Source: Marsupella aquatica
Lineage: Eukaryota > Plantae > Marchantiophyta
Length of the DNA stretch: 64,000 nt
Direction of reading: 5' to 3'
Assembly: GCA_973895155.1 (NCBI GenBank)
Contig: OZ316896.1
Location: 7,821,278-7,885,277, forward strand
A program made the position numbers and the translations under genes. The notes beneath the pieces are model-generated. The model worked only from the letters and a program-made list of their open reading frames with translations. It did no database searches and was not told the DNA's origin. Positions within the stretch are counted from its first letter, which is position 1; every line of letters starts with the position of its first letter. This document shows, piece by piece, positions 37,163 to 51,168 of the stretch.

Positions 37163-39076
37163 TTTCTTGGACTTACATATATACATATATATATATTGGA
37201 TTCTTTTCCATTTTAACATTGGATAATTGGTTGTTCACAATATTGATGTTGATGAGATTGCATGCATTGATGTTGTATGATAGAATCAATATGTGGTGCC
37301 TGATATTGGGGTAATATCACGAGCTATGCGGCAACACCTTGTTGAGGCCATGGTGGCCAATGATGGGGAGGAGAATGCGGTACAACATGAGGATGATGAC
37401 TCTACCCAAGATTGGCTTGAAGATGAGGAGGCCATGGATGAGCTCATGAGCCAATTTTATGAAGATGATGCTGATATTGGTATGGAGGACATGGGTTTCA
37501 CCGACGACAACACCACTCATCCTTCTAGGGGGGCCAGCAGAAGGAATGGGAAGAGGCTCAACGTCATGCTCGTACTCGCATATTTGAGGGGAGTAGGTTA
37601 TCTTGGCTCTCAACAATAATGTTATTGTTGAATGTGCAACAAAGACATGGGGCCAGCAACCTACTTTTGGATGATGTTTTTCATACCCTACATGATCGCA
37701 TTTTACCACTAGGCAACAACATGCCAAGGTCTTGGAAGGAGGCTAAACAGGTGTTGAAATCCATTGGTCTAAAGTATGAAGTGATACATCCATGTGTAAA
37801 TGACTGCATTCTTTTTAGGGGTGAGCATGAAAATGCAATCATATGTCCTGAGTGTGAGAAGCCGCGGTACCGTGATGACATGTTGACAGGGAGGGTGCCT
37901 CAAAAAGTTATGCGGTATTTTCCTCTCATCCCTCGATTGCGAAATCAATACCGTTGTGCAGAGTTGGCTGAGTATATGGTATGGCACTCACAACATCGTT
38001 CTGATATGGGTACAGACTCCAGTGCCATGCGAATGATGGTTGACTCTCCTGCCAATTGAGTTGTAGAGGATAGATGGGGTGAGTTCAAAACTGACCCACG
38101 ACATGTGAGACTTGGATTGGTAGCAGATGGTATTAGCCCTTTTGCATTGGCAGGTAAAGCAAAACCATATTCAGTATGGCCAGTAGTTCTAACAAACTAC
38201 AATATCCCTCCATGGATGGCCATGAAGAAAGGTCATCTACTACTCTCAATGATCATCCCCGGTCCTAAGCAAGTAAAAAAGATTGACATCTACTTGCAAC
38301 CTTTGATTGATGAGCTTTTGCAACTTTGGAGGGGAGTGGATTGTTATGACGGACGTCGCAACACTGGAGGTTTATCTCGCGCATTCACCCTCAAGGCCAT
38401 TCTTATGTGGACCATGCATGATTTACCAGGTAATCACAGTAAACCTTGCAATTAATTTAACCCTATTTCATCAATCTTGCACTTAATTAAAAATTGTATT
38501 CTTTTCTCTAACCTTCTTTCATTGGCTGGCTGTCCCTTGACCAATCATAGGGTTTGGATATATCTCTGGATTGCAAACATCATGCTATCGAGCTTGCCCT
38601 TCATGTGGACCAGATTTGGAGGGAGTGGCAAGACGCAAGTCAACTACTTTGCGGAAGATAGTTTACATTGGTCATACCAAATATCTTCTTGTAGACCATC
38701 CTTGGAGGAGTGACCACTTCCTGTATAACACTGATGAGGGCCAACCTGATACCCGTCTTCAACCTCAGCAAAAGGATCCAGCATATTGGACAGAGGTATG
38801 GCAAAGAGTTCAAGACCCAGATGATCCATTACAATTTCTCAGATGTGGCATGACCAGTTTGTCTGCATTATCACAGTTGCCATATTGGTCAGAGATGCCC
38901 ATTAATCACTTGTTAGATCCGATGCACATTGAGGGGAATGTGGGGAGGTCATTGATTCATCATCTATATGGGGAGAAGAACCACAATTGGAAAGAAAGTT
39001 GTGAGGAGATGGGGATGCATGGTCTTCTTGGTTTTTGGCCATCTTTGGACCTCCCTGGAGACCCCCTAGCATCCAT

Positions 39077-42000
39077 TGTGATGCCTAGACAGGAATCACT
39101 CGGCCAGTTAAGTGGGTAAAGCAGGAAGGCACCCTAGAAACACCTTAGTATAGGGACAAAACAAGGAAAATATAAACAATTAGGGGCGACTATGGAACCC
39201 GGGCCGAGGCCGGAGGTAAGGACGCTGGGGATGAAAACTCGATTAGGGTTAGGGCGCGCTAAGCGTCGGCGGCTAGGAAGGATCAATGGGAGGAAGGACC
39301 GGAAGAGGAGAGGGGTAAGGAGCGCTTGCAAGAGATGGTGGCTCATTTGCGAGCATGAACTAGGCAGATGACTACGGGAGGCCAACTACTGTCAGTTGCT
39401 TAGGCAAGCACTCGGGGAGAGAATAGATACCGACGATCGACCTAAGGAGGGTATGAGCAACGTCAATCAAGCGGCACATTTCTGGGGATGCCTGTTCGAA
39501 CGAGCAACTAAGTACATCAAGACTTACGAGGACAAGGAATCAGAAAGGGCAGCTCGAGAATGGCAGGAGCTCGCTCGATTATGGGAGCTGCAGAAGACGG
39601 CTTTCTTAGGAGGCAAACTCATCAAGGACGAGTTCTTGTGGACTCCTACTTCCAATCAGCTCGACGATCTTCTGTTTTGCAAAGACAGCGTCGTCGGCAT
39701 CCGAGAGGCCATCAAGAACTGCAACGACATACACTGGGAATTGAAGGGTAGCACGGAAAGGTGGACCCAGGCAATGGTGCTAGGAGAAACCTCCACGGCA
39801 GCAGAGATGAAGAGGAAGGGAGCCGTCAACGATGAAGCCACCCCGGCAAAAAGAATGAGGTCGGCGGCACCAAAGAAGCCAGCCGAGCAGCAGAGCAGGA
39901 GGCAGGGAGAAGCCGAAGAGGAGGAGGTTGATCCCATCAAGGCCATTCCAACCAGGGATGACACCTGGAAGGGCTGGGCAAGGAGTTCCGGTCGTTCCCC
40001 GGGCCATCAACGAAGAATGGCTTCTTCCGGAACACCTGCACCAACCCGCACATAGGAGAGATGATCGACTTCTTGCGGGTGACCATGCATTGTAACTTGC
40101 CGAGGGCAGAGATCGGCAAGGCACAGGTCTATCTGGCAGAGAGGCCAGACCCAAGCCGGGACTACAACGGGTACCTCCTCAACCAATTGAAGAAGATCTT
40201 AAAGGAGGAGCAGCAGGTAATCGGCATGGGGAGCGTGTCGCGGCTTGGCTATCACATGCCGCTGTTGTGCCGGTATGCCAGAGGTCAGACTTTTGCCCCA
40301 GTACTTCCCCTGCAGGTAAGGGCACCCGAGGAAGCTCCAGCACCGAGGCCGATAGTAGAGAAGCCTCAACCACCTGTTAGCCCTACGATCGAGCAGGTGT
40401 TTAGACCAAGGAAGGAGGACTTGCCGATGCAGCAACCAGGCATGCAGAGTCTGCTGAAACTACTGGAGAAAGAAAAGAGATCGGCATCAGCAACGACAAC
40501 GGCAACGACAACAATACAGGACACTACTCCAGAGGTAGGCTTACACCGGCTTACAAGAGAAAACCCCTTTGCTGGAGACAAGGAGAGAATCAGGCCGGAA
40601 TCCAAGCCAGGAGTTCGAATGTATGTGGGAGTCTCAAGCTCTGAATCTGAGGCAGAATTGCCTGAAGCTCCTACCGACGAAGAGGAGAGGGAGAAGCCGG
40701 ATGTCCAAGAAGTAGAGGAGGCAGTGGAGGACTTCAGCCATGATAACTCCGGCTATGGGTCGGACCATCACGTTCCAGGAGTAAGGACCTGTGGCCGGTT
40801 TGTCCCCACACTTCCAAGGGTAGTACGAGGGGACCCCAACCAGCAGAGTAGCCCTGAGTCTCCCCCACCAGATGTTGCTCCCCCGAGCTTTGACGGCATA
40901 AAACAGACGGCGCAGGAATTTCAGGAGCGAATCAGGCAGGAAGAGGAGGCAGCCCTGGCTAGGGAAAAGGATTTACCAGGAGGAGATTGGCCGGAGGACA
41001 TCAGGCGGCTAGCCGAAAAAGGAAGCAAACCTCTAGCCACGATTGAAGAGATCCGCAAGATGGCTTGGGAGCAGAGGCCGCGATGGGCGATGCCGATCAC
41101 TTCTACTTACTCCACCTACGCTAAGAATAGAGCCATGGAGTATGGTGAGATGTGTGGGGAACTTGCGCTCGGCATCTTTGGAGAGGAGTTGGAGGTAGGA
41201 CCCTTTTTCCATAGGGAGCAGTTGGAGAAGCACCAATTAGAAGAAGCGGTGGCTTTAGAGAGAAGCAAGAAGGACGAGGTCATTCGGCGGCTTAGGAGGA
41301 TGGAAGCCGAGATTGAAGATCTAAGGGCGGCCAAGAAAGCCCAAGATGAACTGCGGATTAAATGGCATGAGCTGAACATCATGCAGGGGCAGTTGGACAC
41401 CGCGCAGGCTGATAATCAGAATATCAAGGATAAACTGACTCAGACGCAGGGAGAGTTGGCCGATACGATCAAAGAGAGGGAGAAGTGGAAGCAAGAGCTG
41501 AGGAATGCAGAGGAGGCCCACATAACAGCCAACAACCGGGCCATGGCGGAGACCCAAAGAAAGGAATGGGCATTGAAGGGGGAGCTCGAGAAAATCCGTG
41601 GAGCCCTTGAGCAGAAGGAGGCCGAGTTAGGAAAATCCTATCAAGGGATTATGGCGCTGCAGCAGGAGCTTGCGTCCCTGACGGCCAGCTTCAAGGCCGA
41701 CCTAAGGGAGAAGGACGAGATGCTCGATCAGACTTACGCCAAGATGAATCAGATGGAGTCTGTCATCATTGCAGAACTCGACAAAGAGCTAAGAGAAACC
41801 CGGGAGGAGAGGGCTACCTTGAAGAAAGAACGGGAGGAAGCCCAGAAGGAACTAGAGGAGGCGCGCAAGGACCTGGATGAGACCCAGGAGGAGTTGGAGG
41901 AAATCACGAGGAAGATGGAGAACCTCCAGCGGCGGGCCGACAACCAAACGGAGCGGCTGAAGAAACAAGCCGCAGTATTTAAGTGCTTGTCTTCATCAGG

Positions 42001-43428
42001 CCCAACTCCAATTGGGGCAACCAAGTTACCAGGAGTGGTACTGGCCGAAGAAAAAGCCGCGCCACCTACACCAGTGCCGGAAGTAAGTGGGAAGGGGAAG
42101 GGACCAGCTGCCAAACCAAAAAAGAAGAAGAAGCGGAAACCTTCAGGGTCAAGGAGTAATCCGACTCCACAGGCAGTGGTGACCAAGGAGGTAGACCCAG
42201 CACCATCCTCCGACATGAATACGACAATAGATCCCGCTATCATCAAAGGTGGGGATGGTGCGGCCCAAGCCGAACTACTCAGTAATGAGGCTGGTATCCC
42301 AGATCCGCCTCTTGAGCAGGCCGGGGAGACCGTTGCCGAGGCTGAGGCCGTAATCGATTCCTGAGCCGATGCCGACGCCGATTGTGGACCCAGTCAGGCC
42401 GATGGAGAGTTGACTCAGTCAAGGGCAGGTAATCTGTCAGAGAACGAACCTACGGCAGTGGATGAGGAGGAAGCGTTGGGGGCGTCCATTGAGGATCCAC
42501 CACCGGTGTCGTGACGGTGCAAGGGCGCCGTTCCTTTTAGGAAGGGCGGACGTGGAGGGAGGAGGCGTGAGTGGGCAGGGCGGGCGCTGATCTCCAAGTT
42601 TAGGATTAGGATCAGGACCAGGGGCGGCCCTGACACTTAGCTTAGTGGGATTGCGGTTCCACTGGTAGGAGCAACACTTGTGCTCCTGCCTTGCTGTACA
42701 TAGGTAGATCCGGGCAAGTAGATTACTGTTAGGTAGATTAGGCTTACGTTGCAAAGAATTAGGCGGATCCACTACCAGGATAAGTACCTGGGCAGCGGGG
42801 AGCTAAGGGCCTCTTCTTTAGCAAGTTTTTAGTTTGCACCAGCCGGGCTGGGATCAAGTAGTAAGAGAAGCTCTCGGTTAGTCATACAGTGACCCTTGTG
42901 TATATTCATGTTTCCTCATGCCTAAGAGCTGAATAGAGTTGGCCTCACGGCTTAGTTCGCAGAGCTTGTGTATGAGATGTACTGTTTGTATGGCAAGTGC
43001 ATGGTATGACTCAGTCAGAAGGAGTCATTTTGCTATTTGTGTGTCGCATTAACTTGTGTGAAGAGTGCCCACATCAACTAGAAGGAAGGAAAGTAAGCAG
43101 GGGAGTGAGAGTTGGATGTGTCGAGCTGAGAGAGGTCTTAGCGGCTTAACCAAGCCTATTGGGGATCATTCCAGCGGCGGAATCCAAACATACCTAACAA
43201 GACGGAGGGGAAGACGAGGGAAGGTCTAGATTAGGCCGGCTACGTATCTCATGACCCGATGAAGGATCTGTCCAGTATATATGTGTAAAATGTTAATAGT
43301 AGTAGTAGAAGGTTAGCAGCGTCCCATGCCGCTAAGCCGCAGAAACAGCCTCGCCAAGCGCGAAACCTGCGGGAATCGGCTTGAGCTGGGGGGTTTCTTG
43401 GGTTTAGGGAGCCATGGGACGCACCACA
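39077..43428 (+). mobile_element. TG...CA element family B, copy 2 (4352 bp)
   Basis: TGTGATGCC...GCACCACA; TSD TCCAT (39072-39076, 43429-43433). Confidence 0.9.
39192..42514 (+). pseudogene. Family B ORF, copy 2
   Basis: Near-identical to 19637-23222, with stops at ~39370 and 42364 and a ~310-bp deletion near 39979. Confidence 0.8.
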
Positions 43429-44578
43429 TCCATCCACCTTGGGTTTTGACTAGGGCAGAGCGCACTGAGTTTCGCAGACGTATTGGGTCAATGAGGTTTC
43501 CCACAGGTTATGGCGCAAATCTCCGAAAAGCATTTGGGGGGGATGATTCTCCAAAATGGTCATCTTACTTGAAAACACATGATTATCATTGGTTACTAGA
43601 ACATGTCATTCCAGTTGCGATTATTGGATTGGGTAGTGAGGAACTTCGTGATGCCCTTTGGTCATTGGGAAAGCTTTTGAGATGGGTATGTCAGAAGGAG
43701 GTACAGGAGGATGAAACTGCTGCAATGGAGATATTTGGAGTAGAGGTTATTTGTAAGTTGGAGAAGGCACTCCCTCCCTCTTTCTTTGATGGCCAGGTCC
43801 ATTTTCTCATACATTTAGTGCATGAGGTTGCAATTTCAGGCCCAATGCATTGTCGATGGATGTATTGGGTTGAGCGTTATATGGGGGTGATGAAGTCGTA
43901 CGTCTCTGATCGTGCTAGGGTGAAAGGTAGCATTGCAGAGCATCATCTTGGAGCAGAGAGTATGTTTTATTGTACAAACATAGTTGGCACACTAGATCCT
44001 AACGCTCCTAGGGGATGGATACATGAGGCAGCGCGAGAGGTGGACTATGAGGATGATAGACTCACTGGGGCATCAGGAGAGCGTCTCTTGAGCTCAGCGG
44101 AGCGTTTGCAACTCACAACATTTATGTTGTATAATTCACCAAAGGTTGTAGGGGAGTGGACAACATTTTATGAGGAGAAGAAAAACAGTCGGCGACCATG
44201 ATTATTTCCCAAGTTTCACCCATACATGAAGTCAAAGATGCTAGAAATTGATGCCTTGGTGGGTATTGGGGAGAGCATATCACACTTCCCAAAGGTGACT
44301 GATAAGCTTCGTACCTTGATTCATGGTCCACTACTTATAGTCACGACTCGGACAGCCATGTGGTCCAAGGGGAGACATTTTCGTGTTGAATGACTTGATG
44401 AGAAGAGGGCAGCTACACAAGATTGTGGGGTGATGGGTTGGTTCACCCAGGATTCACAGAGTAGCACATCAGACAGGAATCCCATTCGGTCCACCGTCGC
44501 CCATTATGGAAAGATTGAGGAAATCCTTACCATAAAGTACCATGCACATACTACTTTGGAGGAATTGGTATTTAAGTG

Positions 44579-47260
44579 TGTGCCGCCGATGACATGGTCC
44601 TTATTCTATAATCTGAGTAACTAGGTTGCTGTATGCAAGGAGTAGCTATTGATACCGCATAACAATTAGCAAGCTGGCAAGAATAAGGGCAATCATGGCG
44701 TTAAGAGTAGGGATAAAGGTATTTCAGCTTGAAGACTGCACAACCAAGGCAGACACAGTTGAGGTAGTCACTATCAAGGCCACAAAGGAGAAGCTGGGGA
44801 AGAGAGGAGGAAGCGAGTCTCCATAACTGAATATGAAGCTGTGTGGTATGGTGATTGTTCTCATGATAAAATTTGAATGTCTTGGGTGTGTAGCCTCATT
44901 TTGTTAGTTAGGTTAGTGGTTCATAGTCTAGTCTTAGAATGTTAGGGAAATAAAAGGCTATGTCGCGGGTGGTCGGTGACCATATCTCGTTCAATATGTC
45001 ACCAAATCCGGATCTGTAAAGAGCATTGGAAAGATCTGGTCAAAGCTAGTAAAATCGATATAAAACACTCGGGAAACGGAGGTGTATTAAGGAAGATACG
45101 GCCTGATTAGTGTGACGGGTTAACTTGTGGTCGGAATTAGCGGATTCGGCTTCAGTTTCGGGTTAACCCAAGCTCGGCCACGGCTTAGCTTAGGTAAGCA
45201 CGGCTTCAGCTTAGCTCAGGTAAGCACGGCTTCAGCTTAGCTTAGGTAAGCACGGCTTCAGCTTATCTCAGGTAAGCACAGCTTCAGCTTAGGCTTACCC
45301 GGGTTCGGATTAGATTAATCCCGGGTTAGACTAACTCGGGTTAGCCTAAACTCGGGCTCAGGTTAGCATAGGTAAGCTTGGGTTCGGGCTCAGCTTAGGC
45401 TAGGTTAGCGGATAGCGGGTAGCGGCCTAACCAGAGACCACGGGTTAGCTCTACTCGGGTTAGATAGGATAGCTAGGTTAGCCGAACTCGGGTTAGCTAT
45501 GTAACTTGGGTTAGCGCAATAGTGAGTACCCCCTCTCGGTTGCGGGGGCATAACTCTCTGCGTATTTGACCAAATCGGCTATAATTGACCTCGTTGGAAA
45601 GAGGAGCTCAAGCCGCTTCCAACGCTGCTATCCACGCAGAAAATGGTTGAATAGAGAAATCAGGAGAGGAGGCGAAAGCTCGCAAAAACCATGGAGGAGG
45701 GCCAAATCCGAAGTACATAGCCAATTCGAGATAGAAATAAAGTTGCGAGTTAGGGTTCAGTAGTTAGAGATAGTGGCGGCTCTGTTATGGTTGGGATGGG
45801 GCTCCAGCAGCGTAGTATCCACCCATTTGGGCTCAGTATGAGAGTATATAGAGCAGCCCCCCGGTAGAGGCAAGGGGGGGGGACTTCAGTTGTGTGATCT
45901 CACTTAGACTGAGCAGCAGGGAGGAGCTCTGTGCAAGCAAGGTTGGACTTGGACGCTGCATGTTGGGGAGAGCTTGGTTGTGCTATTACTCAGGGAGTAA
46001 TCAGCCAAGCTTCACAGCAACGGGTTGCTAGGTTTGCAAGCTGGATTGTGGCTCTTTCTAGTGGGTAGCACAACTGGGTTCTTTCCCCCCGATACAGAGC
46101 CTTGGTGATAGGTGATGTATTGGTGATTGTAAACTGTGGGGAGGATTTCAATGTGATTTGTGGTGAGCACATTAGGGAGGCTGAGACATTGATTGAGGGG
46201 CAGCAGGAGGAGCATTTACAGTTCAGTCTGGCAAGGCTACGTGATCCATGGGGAGTCCCGGCCTTTGTCTGGTGGAGAGCACTAAGGGATCTATGGCCAG
46301 AGCGGAGCTTGCAGGGCAAGCGTGAGGCCGGGCCTCATTGCAGTCTAGGGTAGATCGCCGTTAGGCCTGGTACCAGCTTTGAAGTCGAGTCAACTATGTA
46401 TGCGTAACTTGACGTTATGAATTGGAGGTGTGAGATCTGTATGTGCCCCCAAGAATGAAGTGCAGTGAAGGAGGTTGAGTTCAAGATTGAGTTTGCAAGG
46501 CAAGTACGGGATTGGTTTGAGTCCAATTTGCCGTCGCAATCTGGAGTGAGCTGGGCTCAGGTTCAGGATTGAGCTTGCATGGCAAGCATGGGGCTTGCGG
46601 GGCAAGCACGCCACAATCTGGAGGAGACAGCCTTCGGCCCTAGTATTCGGATCAAGTGTTCTCAGTGAACTATTGTGCACATCATTGAATTTAATTGAGT
46701 TTTCCTCTTAGGCCTCATTTCTCTCATGGATGTGTGTGTGTGTGAGGCAATCTGAGTGTATGATGGGACTAGCAGCGCCATTGAGAGGTGTACAGGGTGC
46801 ATTGAAGCGGGCTGGGTGAGGACTGTCATAGCTCTGATTGCTGAGAGTGGAATGGCAGAGTGGTGGGGCAATGGGTTAGAAGTCCCTAAGTCGGGAATCA
46901 GTCAGGAGTCACTGGTTTATGGGTACATTCCGGCGGCGGAATAGAAACATACCTATGACAGTAAGCATACATATAGACCTATGCGCACCGTAGCGCTAGG
47001 CCCTGTGTGTACGGGCCCGATATGAAGACCCCTTCTCACCAGAACTATCATGAGCGCAGACCTGATCCCCAACCTTGGTTCCTTGGGATTGAGCTTGGGT
47101 GATGTGTGATAGAGTCTTGCTATGATAGTCTGGTGTTAAGGGCATAAATTGGTGTTTACCGGCCTTCACAACATCCCTTCGTGATCCTCAGGTACAAGGA
47201 GATGGTTTTGGCACCCATAGTGACGTTTTTGGTGTTAAGACCCATGTCAATCGCGTGACA
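44579..47260 (-). mobile_element. Solo-LTR-like element family A, copy 2 (2682 bp)
   Basis: TG...CA termini; TSD AAGTG (44574-44578, 47261-47265); carries ~240 bp (~44712-44945) missing from copy 1. Confidence 0.9.
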
Positions 47261-48386
47261 AAGTGCAAATGGTTCAAGATGAATCTTGTGGGCCACAACC
47301 GGACATGTGAAGATGATGCATGCGGTTTTACCCGATTGAAGACAATCGCAAATAGTGTCATCAGCTCAAATTGGAGGTCCTCAGATCCCTTTGTGTTCCC
47401 CCATCACCTTGAACAATGTTTTTACCTACCCTATCTAGATGACTCAGATTGGTCCATTGTCATGCCATACATTCCACGATCACGATCCATCGTCCAGGAT
47501 AGACCTAGTGTAGTTATAGTGGAAGATACTGACATTCCCTCCACTAGTTAGATCAATATCTAGTACATCAAAGGCGTAGCTAACCCCTACCATCTTATTT
47601 GTGGCTATTTTATTGGCATTACATATTTATCGGCATTTCATGTGTTCTCACTCTCTACCATTGCATAAACTATATTGCTACAAGTATCCATAATCAAACC
47701 ATGACCACAAATACAATGTTCCATTGTCAATCCCATGGAATCTACATCGCACAGGCATCGGTACTCGGCCGGAGAACTAAACCTCTTTCCAATATTGAAA
47801 GTGACAGGACACATGCGATTCAAAACCTATCGAAACCATTTTTCCATTCCAGAAAACATCAGACCCCTCGGCAAAAATGACGAAGGAGGGGTCCAATATG
47901 CTTACCTTCGGACACCTTCCGATACTTTTATTATCGCACCTAGGTTCCGAAGCAATATCTTTCCCAATATTATGTCCGTTGTTTTAAATATCGAACCATG
48001 TCCGTTTGTTTTTCCAACGAGCCTCAGGTTTGAGTGTAATTGCATCGGAAGCTAAAGCCTTACTTTTGTCGTCTCTTTGCGATGCTATTAATTTTGGACA
48101 TTGTCCGATAGTGCTGGTATGGGATATAGTTTGCGATGCATTTTACATCGGTACCTTTAGTTTCGATATATTTTGAATCAGAAATTACGATGGTTTTAAT
48201 ATCGGAATTTGTCCGATGCGTTTGGTTTTGGACGGGTCAAAGAAGCCGCGATTTGAGTATCGGAAAGAGACCAAAAATGTACTAGTGGAATGTGGAGGAA
48301 TTGAGTTTTTTGACGGTTTTTGCTTATACAATGGAGAAATTGTGTTTCTACCATTCTTGAATGATTGTTTGTGAGTTACATTGAGC

Positions 48387-48866
48387 CCCGGGTATGCAAC
48401 TCCCCTTTTAATAAGGTAAGTTTATAATTCTTATATTGGCCTTATATCCAATTGACCATCTTAGATTTCATTTTAGTCTACTAAAGTCTTGTACCTCTCA
48501 ACTCAAGGAATCCAAAAATGTAACTTAAAAAAAAAACCAAACATGTTTTGATGTACAAAAAGTTGATCAAAACCAGATTATATGGGTTTTTTTAAATACA
48601 GGGGTCTACAACCAAACTAGCCAGCTTTTTAGGACTTTTCTTAAAAATTTTAAAATCTTTTAATAAAAATTTCAACAGGTATAGATATATATTTTAATTT
48701 CATATGGAAAAAGAAGAAAACCAAACCTTTTATATGACTTGAAAAAAAATTTAAGTGGAAAAACCCAGGTTTTTTCAAATTTTAATTATTTTGTATAGCC
48801 AACTTTTTAGTTCATATAAAAATATAGACCCCTGGCTGCCTATAATATAAGAGTTGCGTACCCGGG
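48387..48866. mobile_element. MITE family M2 (480 bp)
   Basis: 16-bp TIR CCCGGGTA(T/C)GCAACTC; 8-bp TSD CATTGAGC (48379-48386, 48867-48874); AT-rich interior. Confidence 0.9.
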
Positions 48867-48892
48867 CATTGAGCAATACCACCACAAGACAG

Positions 48893-50917
48893 ACTATATT
48901 GAAGCTTCACCCAGGGAAGTGCTTCTTTGGTGTGGAAGAAGGGATACTACTTGGTCACAAGGTATCCAAGAAAGGCATCGAGGTGGATCAAGAAAATATG
49001 GCTGTCCAATTTCCAACTTCAGTAACAGAGTTGAGGGGATTCTTGGGATGTTTAAACTACTATAGAAGGTTCATTAAGGACTTTGCTAAAGTAGCTTTAC
49101 CCCTAACCAGCATGCTTAAGAAGGGGGCTGAGGTCGAACCCTCAGTTGAGAGGCTAGCAAGTTTCCAGGAGTTGAAGAACAGGTTGGTTGAAGCTCCTAT
49201 CTTGATAGCACCTGATTGGAGTAGAGAATTCCATGTGTATGTGGATGTGTCTGGTTTTTGTATTGGTGTGGTGCTCAGTCAACTTGATGACCAGAATAAG
49301 GATCACCCTGTCTACTTTGCAAGTAGACTTTTAGCACCTGCTGAAAAGAATTACTTACCAACCGATAGATAAGCTCTAGGCATCATCTACTCTTGTAAGA
49401 AGTTTAGGCACTACTTGTTGGGCTATAAGGTGGTCTTCCATACTGATCACAATGCTCTCAAGTATATGGTGAATAAACCTGATGTAAGTGGTAGAGTGGC
49501 AAGGTGGATCTTGTTGCTCCAAGAGTTTGATTATGAGGTGCGGGTCAGGCCTGGTAAGAAGCATGGGAATGCAGACTTCTTCTCAAGGATTGAAGGAGAA
49601 GAGGACTTGAAGGAGGTGGATGATCAGTTTCCAGATGAAGACCTCTTTCATGTGGGAAGTGGAGGGGATACATGGTACTTGGATATCATCCAATTTCTTC
49701 TCACAACCCGGCTACCAAGAGATTTGAACCAAGAGGAGGCTGCTGTTTTCCTGCGGAAAGTCAGACCCTACTTATTGGTGAAGGGTGTCCTTCACAAGGA
49801 AGGAGTTGATGGGAGACTAAGGAGGTGTTTGGAGAAGAAGGAAATCTCCATTGTGATGAGAGCTATGCATGAGGAGGAGGCTGGTGGCCATTATGCAAGT
49901 GCAACAACAGCAAGGAAGATCCTTGATGCAGGGTATTGGTGGCCAACACTTCACAAGGATGTAAGTCTTTTTGTGAGGGGATGTGACCCTTGCCAAAGGA
50001 CAGGTAAACCAGCTCACTCTAGGCATCACCCTCTTACCACCATTTTACCTCTTGCACCTTTTGAGAAATGGGGTATAGATTTCATAGGTCCCATCACTCC
50101 TGTGACCAGGTCTAGAAGGAATTGATACATCCTTCTTGCAACTGATTATGCTACTAAGTGGGTAGAGGCACGACCAACAAGCAAGGACAATGCTCTCACA
50201 GTAGCAAGGTTCATGTATCAGCAGATTTTTACCAGATTTGGACCACCTCTTGAATTGGTTAGTGATAGGGGGACTCACTTCTTGAATGAGGTCGTGGAGG
50301 AGCTCACTACTCAGTACTTGATTAAGCATAGGAAGACCACTCCCTATCACCCCAAGGCAAATGGATTGACTGAGAGAGCTAATGGGATTATTGGCAAGAT
50401 CTTGAACAAAACCGTGGCGGCACACAGGACAGATTGGGATGACAAATTATACTCAGCAGCGTACTCCTACAACCTTGCTTTCAAGACCACAACTGGCCAT
50501 AGTCCTTTCTACCTAGTTTTTGGACAGCACTCACTTGTCCCTGTTGAGTTTGAAGTACCTATGGAGGAGCGAATGGAGGCTGACCAGAGTCTGATGGAGA
50601 GAGCTTACCAGCTGGAGGAGTTGGAGGAAATCAGGGAAGAGGCAAGCCAGCAACTGAAGAAGAAGCAAGCTCAAGTGAAGAAACATCATGACAAGCAGTT
50701 GAAGAAGCCGACTTCTTTACTTGTTGGACAGTTGGTATTACTCTATGATAGTAAGTATGCTCATTTTCCAGGCAAGTTGCATACTCGATGGTTGGGTCCT
50801 TATGTTGTTCACCAGGTTTATGCTAATGGGTCAATTCAGCTTGCTACTCTTGAAGGAGAGGTGTTTTCTACTAGAGTGCATCATGATCGATTGAAGCGAT
50901 ATTATAATCAGGAATGA
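48893..50917 (+). pseudogene. Ty3/gypsy pol 3' half (RT end, RNase H, integrase)
   Basis: KCFFG, RGFLG..YYRRFI, YVDVS, TDHNAL, H-H-C-C zinc finger, WGIDFIGP, SDRGTHF, ANGLTER, WLGPY; stops at 49372 and 50125. Confidence 0.93.
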
Positions 50918-50943
50918 GTGTGTTTGCGGGGACGCTGCACACT

Positions 50944-51168
50944 TAAGTAGGGGGTTATGTAGAATGGCTCGATATAGGTTTATGTAAGAAACTTGTCATT
51001 TTTTTGCTTTTTGAACAAGGAATAGTAAGAAAGATGTTTTAAGTGCTATTGGAGTAACTAGGTTTTAGGAACTTAAGTAGGTAGAATAGGAAAGATAGTG
51101 GAATGGAAGGTTACTGAGTTGTAAGCAAGTGACAAGGGATAAGAAAGGTCTTTATGATGGGGCATACA
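50944..51168 (+). repeat. Candidate PPT + short 3' LTR of the gypsy element
   Basis: Purine tract AAGTAGGGGG, then TGTAGAATGG (50958) ... GGGGCATACA (51168); no partner LTR in the window. Confidence 0.4.

Larger units (their letters stand above)
37326..47551 (+). pseudogene. CACTA transposase (TnpD-like; Transposase_21/DUF4218/DUF4216 regions), interrupted twice
   Basis: IHPCVNDCILFRG, RYFPLIPRL, GLVADGISPF, YSVWPV, HDLPG, DPMHIEGNV, LKTHDYH, HCRWMYWVERYM, FKC|KWF, DPFVFP..QCFY; intron 38430-38550. Confidence 0.93.
29509..48287 (+). mobile_element. CACTA/EnSpm DNA transposon, 18.8 kb including three nested inserts
   Basis: TIR CACTAGTACATTTTTGG at both ends; 3-bp TSD GAA (29506-29508, 48288-48290); numerous ATCGGA/TCCGAT subterminal motifs; TnpD-like transposase inside. 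Confidence 0.95.

Noticed and set aside
3908-47260. Giant inverted duplication (A...B...B'...A')
   Set aside because: Each copy has its own distinct TSD and unrelated flanks, so these are independent insertions.
27663-50917. One gypsy element split by a 20-kb nest
   Set aside because: The RT core between the fragments is missing and no TSD was found; the two cannot be linked from sequence alone.
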